From: Octopus bimaculoides | Lineage: Eukaryota | DNA: 40,902 nucleotides | Reading direction: 5' to 3' | NCBI RefSeq assembly: GCF_001194135.2 | Contig: NC_068981.1 | Coordinates: forward strand, 102,150,319 to 102,191,220 | Shown here: piece after piece, positions 1 through 10,135 of the stretch | How positions within the stretch are numbered: the stretch's first letter is position 1 | How the letters are laid out: the number at the start of each line of letters is the position of its first letter | Translations under genes and position numbers: made by a program | The notes under the pieces: generated by a model | What the model was told of the DNA's origin: nothing | The model's database searches: none | Seen by the model: only the letters and a program-made list of their open reading frames with translations

Positions 1-40
<40 letters not shown>
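1..40. repeat. (TA)n microsatellite
   Basis: Pure TA run at window start. Similar TA/CA/TG tracts occur throughout (e.g. 1630-1735, 1900-2170, 12362-12440, 23480-23680, 24170-24330, 38545-38625). Confidence 0.98.
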
Positions 41-44
<4 letters not shown>

Positions 45-46
45 TA

Positions 47-903
47 CACAGGGTGCGATGGATAAATTGTCACCATTTTATAATTTTAATTTCCCATGTG
101 CACATAATTTGTTTTTGATTTTGTTGACTAGACAGCATAGTAGGGTCATTTGGGCACTCTGTGAGAAAGCAGCACTATGACACAATTCACTCAGCCAGAA
201 ATTTGGAAATGATATGCTGTACTGCTCTAATACAAACATTTCAGAGTGTTTTGGTGTCAATTTGAGGACATGTACTGAGAGTGATAAAAATCAAATATCC
301 AGTCAACATTATGGTATTTGGAGTGATCATTAGCGATGGCAACGCTATGCCTCCATTCATCTTCCCACATGACCTCAGATTCAACACAGAGGCCAGCCTA
401 CATCAAGTGCCTGGAAGAAGTAGTACTGCCCTGAGTCAAGAAGGTAGCTGCTAGAAGACCTTATGTCTGGCAACAAGACGCTGCACCATGCCACACAAGC
501 AGGAGAAGCCAGTCATAGCTGTCAGACAATTTCTGTGACCACATCAACCCTAACATCTGGCCACCTAACTCCCAAGACTGCAACCCCCTTGATTATTATG
601 TGTGGGGTGCAGTTGAGCAAGAGATGAACAAAAGTCCTTGTAACACCAAAGATGAACTGAAGGCAAGGATTATGGCAGCATTCACCAACTTAAACAAGGA
701 GGCCGTCCAGAAGAGTTGCAGGAGATTCCAAAGTCGTATGGAGACCATGGTTGAAGCCAATGGCAATTTTATTGAGTTAATTTATTCGTTAGTATTTCTA
801 GATATTTTTATGTAATTTGGTAAATATATCTGTTAAAATGGGATGTCAGTGTTATTTTCATTTTTGCACAACTTAGGTGACAATTTATTCACCGCTCCCT
901 GTG
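47..903 (+). mobile_element. Internally deleted DD37D (maT/Bmmar1-type) Tc1-mariner transposon
   Basis: TIRs CAGGGTGCGATGGATAAATTGTCACC (49-74) and GGTGACAATTTATTCACCGCTCCCTG (876-901). Remnant translates PVNIMVFGVI..QQDAAPCHTSRRSQS*LSDNFCDHINPNIWPPNSQDCNPLDYYVWGAVEQ, with 37 residues between the 2nd and 3rd catalytic D. Stops and frameshifts present. Confidence 0.9.
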
Positions 904-908
904 TGTAT

Positions 909-1262
909 ATATAGTCTGTTACAGTCTGTCATACCAGCCATGATGAAATACCACAAGGTATAGAAAATACGTATTCGCCTTTATATATTTATATATTTAA
1001 TCCTTTATATTGAACACTCAATATTTCATATATTCAATAAGACATATTCCATATATTCAATAAGACATTCAATACTTCATTTCATTGTACCATCCATCTT
1101 TTTTTATATTATATATTCCATATTCTATATCCCACATAAATTTTACAAGAATATAAATAAAAAACATAAAAAACCGACAGAGTTGGAACTCTTTTAAATA
1201 AAATAATATATTCCTCTATACACGATCATACAAAACCCTTTTTTTGTATTTATTTTTACTCA
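909..1262 (+). mobile_element. ~360-bp dispersed repeat, putative Penelope-like pLTR or retrozyme-like element, copy 1
   Basis: Colinear with the reverse complement of 39737-40116 along its length. Both copies abut (TA)n at both ends and carry a hammerhead-like motif near the 5' end. PLE affinity is inferred from that motif. Confidence 0.75.
931..984 (+). ncRNA. Minimal type I hammerhead ribozyme-like motif (variant core)
   Basis: AGC-C(A)TGATGA-A-ATACC/ACAA/GGTAT-A-GAAA-ATACGTAT-TC-GCC: stem II hairpin, GAAA, palindromic stem III, UC cleavage dinucleotide (C976), stem I GC/GC plus ATA/TAT. Confidence 0.65.
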
Positions 1263-1629
1263 TATATATATATATATATATATATAGCTTGATTTATGTG
1301 TTCGCCACCACTACCTTGTTTAGGCTTAGCAGCCCTTCCTGTTTGTTTTCACTGTCCTGTTTGTGTTACCAATTTTGACCTTCCACAAAATGCTAAATTT
1401 TATTTAATTTGCTTTGCAGGAGCATCTGTTTTATCGAAAGTGAATACTGTTGTTAAATGCTCAAAATACGAGACTAGAAAAACCGCCAACAACTGATGAA
1501 GTGTCATTCTTATGTTGTTTGTTTTGTTTTCCATTTGTCTTTCGTTGCTTGAAAGAATAGTTCATGTTCCATGTACTTGTGCTTCATATTTTTTGTTGTA
1601 CACGTTTTGTGATGTCCTGTGCCCACATA

Positions 1630-1693
<64 letters not shown>

Positions 1694-1694
1694 C

Positions 1695-1728
<34 letters not shown>

Positions 1729-1748
1729 TTATATATATTCACAAATAC

Positions 1749-1848
1749 ATATTATTCATTGCAAGCTGAAAATTCATCCAAAGATTAGATGCAAGAAACA
1801 CAAAGTAATGTTTCATGAAATATTCAGCTTCCAATAAAGAAGATAAAA
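1749..1848 (-). CDS. Weak candidate exon ([32 protein letters not shown])
   Basis: acatcttag acceptor, GTATTT donor, one open frame, phase-compatible with 2233-2273. No homology confirmed. Confidence 0.2.
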
Positions 1849-2232
1849 CTAAGATGTATTGAGCACTTTTTCTCCCTCACACACTTCTTACATATGTGCA
1901 TGTACACACACACACATACATAAAAACCTATATACATACATACACAAACATACCTATATACATACATACACATACACAAGCATACCTATATACATACATA
2001 CACACACATACACACCTATATACATAAATACACACACATACCTCTATACATATATACATGCATACACACATTCATCTGATATATATACCTTCATGTGTGT
2101 GTGTGTGTGTGTGTGCATGCATGTGTGTATATGTATATATATATATGTGTGTGTGTGTATATATATATGCTCAAACACACTTCTTAAATAGAGCCATTAG
2201 CACCGATGCAAAGTGTTATTAAAGAAATGCAC

Positions 2233-2273
2233 CTCTGTACCCACACATTTCACCAAAATCTATTCCTTTTATC
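2233..2273 (-). CDS. Weak candidate exon (IKGIDFGEMCGYR)
   Basis: Good acceptor ctcctgacatttaacag, weak GTGCAT donor. Contains a DFG tripeptide that may be coincidental. Confidence 0.22.
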
Positions 2274-2775
2274 CTGTTAAATGTCAGGAGTATTTAAAGT
2301 ATAAAATCTTTTTGCCTCCTACTGGTTTTTTTCTTCATTTTCTTTCTCTTTGTTTCTGTATTACAATTTCTCTTTCTCACTCTCCGTGTCCTTTCGAACT
2401 ATCTGTCTATCAAATCACTTATACATATTTTCATGTCTTTCTCTCTTTCTCCTTAGCTTCAAGTCTTTTTTCTTTGTATTTATGTATCTATCTCCCACTT
2501 TATTTTTCTATTTTCAATTTAACCATCTTGCCGTTCCTTTACCTATCTGTCTGTTTCAATTTCTGTCTATTTATCTATTGATTGAGTGATTGATCTCTGT
2601 CTGTCTGTTTGTCTGTCTGCCTGTCTGTCTGTCTAGTGAACTTCCTTACCAACTTTTACGTGTGTGGGTGGCTTGCCTAAGTATTTATAAACCAACTATT
2701 CATCAAACATGACATACTAAATAGAAAACAAACACTATACAAATACCTCCCTCCAACATGCAAATATGCTCATGT

Positions 2776-2824
<49 letters not shown>

Positions 2825-3060
2825 TATATATATATATATGAGAGAATAAGAGAAAATAAACAAATTTGGTTGGAGCTACATATATATAATAACAGTTTCA
2901 CTCAGCTATACATGACAAAGCTTCGTAGGTGCAAAAAATTTGTCCATAACTTCAGAAGCTCAAAGACAGAGTCTGATGAGTTGGACATATTCTTTATACC
3001 TTCAAAACTTTAAGTCATGTATCGATGAGTCAAACTATTAAATATATATATATATATATG

Positions 3061-3401
3061 TAGAGGTAACGACCCCTTTTGGCCATGAATGACCATGAGA
3101 TTGTACCCAAAAAGTTCCTTTCCAAGACAAAAGTCTAGGCAAGGTTCTTTGTGGGTGACCAACATTTGTCTGTGCATACCAGCCTCCCCTCTCCATGCCA
3201 CCGATGTTACTCCAAGGGAAAGGCAAAGGCCGATACATACTGCTACCAGTAATGCTGGAATTGATATCTACAGGTGAATGAACTGGAGCAATGTGAAATA
3301 AAGTGTCTTGCTCAAGAACACAACAGGGAGACAGGTCTGGGAATCGAACTCACTACCTCAGGATTGTGAACCCAATGCTGTAACCACTGAGCCATGCACC
3401 T
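3061..3401 (-). mobile_element. tRNA-derived SINE
   Basis: Minus strand: A-box TGGCTCAGTGG, B-box GAGTTCGATTC, central CTTGAGCAAGACACTT..TTGCTCCAG block, then a distinct 3' tail. Confidence 0.85.
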
Positions 3402-4078
3402 TCACACACACACACACACACACAAATCGATAACCATGGTTCATACAAAAACTCGGCTTATCAAATTTCCATGTAACTTTGATATGGGGAAAAAGTGTGT
3501 AACCTTCGATGCCAATAAACTGTTATTGTTCCTGATTGTATATTGTCCAGTTTTTGCTTTCTATATCTGCTATGGACTGCTTGAAGCTTACAAACTTCTT
3601 ACACTTGGATTGCTGGATCTTACCCATTCATTTAACTGGATGTGATTTTTCAGAAGAAAAATAACACACCTTTACATGAATCACAGAGAAAAGTTGTTTT
3701 GCATGAATAAATGCATTGTATTACTCTGTTTCATTAGCAGCAACTAAAAGGATCAGCATCAGGAAACATCCAGATATAAAATATTGCCTGAAAAAGTCAT
3801 GTCTAACCCATACCAACATGGAAAATTGAACATGGAAGCAATGATGATGATGTGTGTGTATATACTTCTGGGATAAAAGAAATAAATTTGGTGAAATATG
3901 TAGGCACAGATATTTACGTATATCATTCATAATACTTTATGAGTGCATGTACAAATCTTAAATAGAAGTTTAGTGCTGATACACACATATTGTGTTCCAG
4001 TCCAGTGAACTTAGTAGTCCACAAGCAAGAAACAATAATTTTTATATATACAAGATTATTCAATGATATGTACGTTTG

Positions 4079-4740
4079 TCATCATCATCATCATCATCGT
4101 TTAACGTCCGCTTTCCATGCTAGCATGGGTTGGACGATTTGACTGAGGACTGGTGAAACCGGATGGCAACACCAGGCTCCAGTCCGATTTGGCAGAGTTT
4201 CTACAGCTGGATGCCCTTCCTAACGCCAACCACTCAGAGAGTGTAGTGGGTGCTTTTACGTGTCACCCGCACGAAAACGGCCACGCTCGAAATGGTGTCT
4301 TTTATGTGCCACCNNNNNNNNNNTGACTGAGGACTGGTGAAACCGGATGGCAACACCAGGCTCCAGTCCGATTTGGCAGAGTTTCTACAGCTGGATGCCC
4401 TTCCTAACGCCAACCACTCAGAGAGTGTAGTGGGTGCTTTTACGTGTCACCCGCACGAAAACGGCCACGCTCAAAATGGTGCATCTCATGTGCCACCCGC
4501 ACAAGAACCAGTCCAGGGGCACTGGCAACGATCTTACTTGGCTTGCCGGGTCTTCTCACGCACAGCCCATTTCCAAAGGTCTCGGTCCGTAGTCATCGCC
4601 TCGGTGAGGCCCAATGTACGAAGGTCTTGCCTCACCACCTCAGCCCAGGTCTTCCTGGGCCTACCTCTTCCACGGGTTCCCTCAACTGTTAGGGTGTGGC
4701 ACTTTTTCACGCAGCTATCCTCCTCCATTCTCACCACATA
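4079..4740 (-). mobile_element. 5'-truncated RTE-clade LINE 3' end
   Basis: ORF end VVRMEEDSCVKKCHTLTVEGTRGRGRPRKTWAEVVRQDLRTLGLTEAMTTDRDLWKWAVREKTRQAK* (4534-4740), 3' UTR with GGAAGGGCATCCAGCTGTAGAAAC, and (ATG)n tail. Part is duplicated across the 10-N gap. Confidence 0.9.
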
Positions 4741-5605
4741 TGTAATAAATAGATGGATAGATAGACAGATGGACAGATGGATAGACAGGCACATAGATGG
4801 ACAGACAAATAGACAGACAGATAGAAAGACAGACAAATAGATGGATGGAGAGACAGGTAAATGGACAGACAGAAAGATAGAAGGATAGACAGAAAGATAG
4901 ATGGACAAACAGGAAGATAGATAGGTAGAGAGAAAGACAGCTAGGTAGAAGGAAAGACAGATAGGTAGAGGGAAAGACAGATAGGTAGAGGCAAAGACAG
5001 ATAGGTAGATGGCCAGATAGACAGACAGATAGATGGACATACAGATAGACAGGCACTAATAGGCAGACAGAAAGATAGATGGATGGACAGTCAGACAGAT
5101 GGATGGAGAAACAGACTAATAGATGTATGGAAAGATAGACAAACAGATGTATAGAAAGACAGACAAATAGATGTATGGCAAGACAGAAATATAGATGTAT
5201 GGAAAGACAGATAGGTAGATGGAAAAGCAGATAGGTAGATGGAAAGGCAGACAAATAGGTAGATGGGAAAGGCAGACAGATAGGTAGATAGAAAGGCAGA
5301 CAGATAGGTAGATGGGAAAGGCAGACAGATAGGTAGATAGAAAGGCAGACAGATAGGTAGATGTACAGATAGACAGAGAGATAGACAAACAGATAAATAG
5401 AGAAACAGATAGATAGACAAACTGATAGATAGACAAACAGATAGATATGCAAGCAAATAGATATGCAGGCAATTAGATATGCAGACAAATAAATATGCAG
5501 ACAGGCAGGCAGACAGATAAATATACAGAGACAGATAGACAAATAGATAGAGAGAGACAAGTAGACAGATAAACAAGTAGATCAATAGACAGACAAACTG
5601 ATAAA
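4741..5605. repeat. Degenerate (GATA)/(GACA) satellite with 25-26 bp sub-repeats
   Basis: Continuous AGAT/AGAC tetramers. GAAAGGCAGACAGATAGGTAGATGG-like units at ~5240-5360. Explains ORFs 4715-5560, 5091-5585 and 5116-5472. Confidence 0.95.
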
Positions 5606-6230
5606 CATAGATTTACATATACACACAGTTATTTCATATATTTCATCACTCAATGTCTAAACTAGCCAACCCCACACATGATATTTCACACAAGTCTGCT
5701 TCTATTTGAATCTTTTAATAGTTGCATATAATGTATCTATGACAACATTATCCAGTACTGCCTGTCTCTTTTTCTAAGATCAAAGATTGTGAATTGACAG
5801 CGATTTGGCTGCAATTTTCTAGCAGATCAAGCAATTGTGCTGTGGTCTCCTTCACTTGGTACTGAAGCTGTTGGTTATCAGAGTGGATAAAATGATTCCA
5901 TGATTCAATACAGCTGAGAACCAGTCAATGACAGTCAGAGAGATCACTGATATTGTCCCTTGATGAATTGATAGCCAAGGTGAAAGATAAAAATAAATCA
6001 AAAACTTTTGATGGTTAATCATCTGGAAAACAGTTAACGGTCTCATAATTTGTCTTTGGACGATGTCATAAGATTCTAACCAAAGATATTTGCTGACATA
6101 TACTTCTTAAAAGAAATTTTAATTAGTGACTGAAAATTCCACTGTTGAGAAATAATATCCTAATTTCTGATCCACTTATTAATTTTGTCACTTCATGCAT
6201 CAGTGACTGATAAATATTGGTGATTAATAT

Positions 6231-6445
6231 TAGTTTCAAATTGTGGAACAAGGCCAACAATTTTGGGGGAAGGAGTAAGTCGATTACATTGACTCCAGTA
6301 CATAACTGGTTGTTATTTTGTCAACCCTAAAAGAATGAAAGGCAAAGTTGACCTCAGTGGAATTTGAACTCAGAATGTAAAGACAGATAAAATGCCATGA
6401 AACATTTTACCCAGTGTGCTAACGAGTCTACCTGTTCGCTGCCTT
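6231..6445 (-). mobile_element. tRNA-derived SINE with Nin/Inv-like central domain
   Basis: Minus strand ..GAGTTCAAATTCC..GAGGTCAACTTTGCCTTTCATTCTTT..GTCAATGTAATCGAC..GGCCTTGTTCCACAATTTGAAAC. Multiple homologs in the window. Domain name is from recollection of published SINE cores. Confidence 0.8.
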
Positions 6446-6984
6446 ATTGATGTTTAATATTGGCACAAGTCCTGGTTAGGTTTGCTCCAGGGCTTCCAGG
6501 GTTTTGAGGAGTGTGGAACCACCTCTTAGCCACTATTGTTCTCAAGTCTCCTTTAGAGAGGAGCAGTAGCATCTGTCATGGCCCCAGCTTGGATTAATTA
6601 GCATGTAAATAGAGTTCACTTGTGAATATGAGAATAGACAACCCTAGACCAAATCATGGGTGGCACCTCGGCATGGCCTAGCACCCAGTAAACCACCTGA
6701 GCTAGGGTCACATAGAAATCATGGGAACATAGCATCGTGGATGTGAACTATTTTGACAAATGAACTTATCAAGTCAATGGTAAGTATTACTAAATGCTGA
6801 GCAGATGAACAATCAACAAACTGTCAACGGCTAGGATTGATCCGTTCAGTTAACAATCTACTGCTATCATCTGTAGTCATAGCGTGCACAGATGAGACAT
6901 TCAGCTATCAAAAGCCCCATATGACAATGGTCTAAGCAAGTTGCCTAACCAGATGATGAATATTGGTAAATTTGTGTAAGGAAG

Positions 6985-7150
6985 AGTTGATTTAATTGAT
7001 CCAGTACTTGAGAGTGATACTTTATTTTTATCAGCCTCAGAAGAATAAAATGCAAAGCTGAACCTTGTAGGATTTGAACTTAGAACATAAATAACATAAA
7101 CAGTTGTAACTAAATATCATGTCTAGTACTCTACTGATTCTGATGACCTG
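6985..7150 (-). mobile_element. Degenerate copy of the 6231-6445 SINE family
   Basis: GATCCAGTACTT..TTTTATCAGCCTCAGAAGAATAAAATGCAAAGCTGAACC..GGATTTGAACT matches the family. Confidence 0.65.
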
Positions 7151-7297
7151 CTCCCTTGACAGATATTGAGATGGCTAAGTGTTTAAGGTGTTCTAGCTGC
7201 CAACAGAAGTGTCAGCTAGAATTTTATTGTATTTCTAGGCAATATGCATTGTATCAGTACGACTATCTTTTAGGAATAGATATTAACATTTCTGTGA

Positions 7298-7560
7298 AGG
7301 AATGTGACCTAGTGGTTAGGGTGTTGCACTCATAATCATAAGATTGTGATTTTGATTCCTGGGTCAGGTGATATGTAGTGTTCTTAATCAAAACATTTCA
7401 TTTCAAGTTGCTTCAGTTCATTCAGCTTTAACAGAGTTTTAGTAACAGCTGGGACATTAACCCTGCAACAGGTGGTAGTCTTATAATAGTCACTTATACA
7501 CCATATAAACCAGGTTAAGCTCCAGCTTTATGAGTTCTAGAGCTCATGACAGACCTGGTA
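7298..7560 (+). mobile_element. Old tRNA-derived SINE
   Basis: TGACCTAGTGGTTAGGGTGTTGCACTC..GATTTTGATTCC head plus the central block shared with 34236-34480. Confidence 0.65.
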
Positions 7561-7644
7561 TAATGAATGTGTCTAGAGATGTTCAATGACAGAATCAATT
7601 ACTTGTTTGATCTTTCATTATCAGTGGTATCTACTAACACTATT

Positions 7645-8026
7645 GTGGAGGCGCAATGGCCCAATGGTTAGGGCAGTGGACTCGTGGTCATAGGATCGCG
7701 GTTTCGATTCCCAGACCGGGCGTTGTGAGTGTTTATTGAGCGCAAACACCTAAAGTTCCACGAGGCACTGGCAGAGGGTGGTGGTGAACCCTGCTGTACT
7801 CTTTCACCACAACTTTCTCTCACTCTTACTTCCTGTTTCTGTTGTGCCTGTAATTCAAAGGGTCAGCCTTGTCACACTATGTCACGCTGAATCTCCCCGA
7901 GAACTACGTTAAGGGTACACGTGTCTGTGGAGTGCTCAGCCACTTGCACGTTAATTTCACGAGCAGGCTGTTCCATTGATCGGATCAGCTGGAACCCTTG
8001 TCGTCGTAAGCGACGGAGTGCCAACA
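7645..8026 (+). mobile_element. Full-length, young tRNA-derived SINE with 12-bp TSD
   Basis: A-box TGGCCCAATGG, B-box GTTTCGATTCC, CpGs retained, (CAA) tail. TSD ACTAACACTATT at 7633-7644 and 8027-8038. Confidence 0.92.
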
Positions 8027-8143
8027 ACTAACACTATTAAGTTGTTATTGATTAGGCCCTGGTCAGCTTTAATTGACCAGTCATATGATCTAAGCCATCC
8101 TAACTAAAATTATGCTCTCTTATGTGCAAGGTTAAAATATACA

Positions 8144-8347
8144 CAAGGGGTACTGAAAAGTTCCTGGCTTTAAGGGTATCGCAACAGGCCTGGTTGGAGG
8201 CCCAACCTTCCGAGTTCTTTTACAAAGCTCAGAAAAACTGAAAGACCACCGCAATAAGAGTGTGAATCTGAGAGAGGAATATATTGAGTAAAATCATAAT
8301 TAACTGATCCTCCTCTATTTTCTTTTACCTAAAGCCAGGAACTTTTC
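8144..8347 (+). mobile_element. Mariner-type MITE (~200 bp)
   Basis: Terminal inverted AAAAGTTCCTGGCTTTA / TAAAGCCAGGAACTTTT. Second partial copy on the minus strand at ~18480-18580. Confidence 0.8.
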
Positions 8348-8456
8348 TCTATGCAGATGGCAGATATGTGGTTTGAGGGCAAACTTGGCAACTCTCTCTC
8401 TCTCTGTGGTCAAGCTACCACATAAAAACAGCATGTAACCACTTTCTAAAGAAAGA

Positions 8457-8518
8457 ACCTTATAATCCATGCCTATGTTTATCAAGATCTCGATAAATAT
8501 AGGCATGGACTATAAGGT
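8457..8518. other. 62-bp near-perfect palindrome (hairpin)
   Basis: ACCTTATAATCCATGCCTATGTTTATCAAGA|TCTCGATAAATATAGGCATGGACTATAAGGT, 28 of 31 pairs Watson-Crick. Confidence 0.9.
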
Positions 8519-9227
8519 ACTTTTTCAGAAATAAAATAGAATGTGCATAATGAATTTTAACTCATACCATGAGAACAGTGAGTGAAGTAAGGATGAAATG
8601 ATGGAATATATTGAACTGTCATCATAAGGGCCATAAACTCAAAGTTATTTCAAGTATTTTGGTGTGTTCTAGTCAAAATACTTTATTATACATTGCATCA
8701 GCAGATTTAATCTTGAAGAAGGGAATTGATAAAATATCTGAAGATTTTCACCGTTCAGAATAGAATTCAACAATCGTCACATTTAACTTGTATTAATATC
8801 TAATCTACTGGGGGTCAATTTGATCAACTGCACCTAAGTGACCTGCTGAAATTGGCCTCAAAAGAAACCAATGACTTGATTAATATCACTTTATTGATAA
8901 GTTAATTTGGATAGAAACCAATAACATAATAGGTATTGAATAGTGTTCAGAAACAGCCACATGTCAATAATTAAAAAAAATATTGACTATTAATAACTAG
9001 ATAATTGATCTGCACATGTGTAGTGTGTGTGTGTGTGTGTGTGTGTGCACGAAGGTGTGGGATAAGAGATCGTTGGTGACTGATTAACAAAAATACAATT
9101 AAATCAAAAAAGGATAATACGGCCAAAAATTTCTTGGCTAACAAAAACTGATAATGATGATGATAATAATTGTAATACGGAATTCTAACATAAACATAAG
9201 ACTTCATATTTCAAGGAAAGGTATGGC

Positions 9228-9410
9228 TGATTAAATTAACCCCAAAACTTAATAGGTACATATTTTATCAGCCCTCAGAAGGATGAATGACAAAATTAAT
9301 TTGGATGGATTTGAACTCAGGATGTAAAGAGGTAAATAAAGAATATTTAGTAAATATCATAAGATATTTTGTTTGATGCCCTAACAATTCAGCCAGTCAA
9401 CATCCCTAGC
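9228..9410 (-). mobile_element. Degenerate Nin/Inv-like SINE copy
   Basis: TTTTATCAGCCCTCAGAAGGATGAATGACAAA..GGATTTGAACTCAGGATGTAAAG matches the family. Confidence 0.65.
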
Positions 9411-9542
9411 AATGTTAGTGGCTCTGACTCATGTATTATGTTGCTCAATATAATGCTTCATCAGTCTGTAGGTGTATGCATAACACAGTAACTCGACCTT
9501 GTTGCCTCACTGTTTCCATGGTCCTTAACACCAACCACATAC

Positions 9543-9695
9543 TTCCAAATATCCCATTCCCCAACACACATTATGCCATATATATGCTAGGGTTTCTTTG
9601 GACTGTTCTTTAATTAGCATAAGGAAGCCCCCATCATTATTGGAAAGGCAGAAATATATTAATTTCCCCTTCTTGTCCACTCCCAAACGTAATGC
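9543..9695 (-). CDS. Best candidate host-gene exon (ALRLGVDKKGKLIYFCLSNNDGGFLMLIKEQSKETLAYIWHNVCWGMGYLE)
   Basis: Acceptor gtgttgtcttccatag, donor GAA|GTATGT, 153 nt open, phase 0-0, unique non-repetitive sequence. Product unidentified. Confidence 0.55.
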
Positions 9696-9729
9696 CTATG
9701 GAAGACAACACTAGTCCTCATAATGTATC

Positions 9730-10135
9730 TTTTATCTCATTTATCTCTTTCACTTGTTTCATGCTGGCATCACCTTAAAGGGTTTAGTCCTACAAATTGA
9801 CCCAGGACATATTTTTAGAGTCTGGTACTAATTCTAAAGGTCTTTTTTTAAGAACTGCTAAGTTATGGAGACAAATACAAATACATATATGTGCATGTAT
9901 GTGTGTGTGTGTGTGTGTGTGTATGTGTGTGTGTATGTGTGTGTGTGTGTGTGTAAATATATATATATACATACACACCCACACAACAGATTTCCACCAA
10001 ATTCAATCACAAGGCATTAATTGGTCTGGGACTATAGCAGAAGACACTAGTCCAATGTGCCACTCAGTGGGACTGAACCTTGAACCACATGATTGCTAAA
10101 CAAGCTTCTTAATCGCAGAGTCATGCATGTACCTA
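9730..10135 (-). mobile_element. Abundant octopus-type tRNA SINE with internal (CA)n, family A
   Basis: Minus-strand head ..GGTTCAGTCCCACTG.., core ..GTGTCTTCTGCTATAG..CCTTGTGATTGAATTTGGTGGAAA, internal microsatellite and 3' tail. Confidence 0.8.

Noticed and set aside
1490-1560. CTGATGA at ~1495 (also ~7140, ~28607 and minus-strand ~9459, ~38709) as hammerheads
   Set aside because: No stem II hairpin followed by GAAA at the right spacing.
1510-2191. YIYI/HTHT/CVCV ORFs here and throughout the window
   Set aside because: Dinucleotide microsatellite translations.
3361-3401. Functional tRNA genes at SINE heads (also 7645-7720, 17244-17310)
   Set aside because: Only A/B boxes are retained, there is no complete cloverleaf, and they continue into SINE cores.
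4144-4495. Tandem duplication within the RTE UTR
   Set aside because: Near-identical copies sit directly either side of a 10-N gap, typical of unmerged contig overlap.
4534-5585. Long LSIYLSV-type ORFs (also 30760-31576)
   Set aside because: Frame read-through of GATA/GACA satellites. Only the last ~68 codons of 4534-5040 are real (RTE remnant).
6470-6950. GC-richer segment as an exon
   Set aside because: No long open frame with splice sites. It looks like a decayed retroelement fragment but I could not assign a family.
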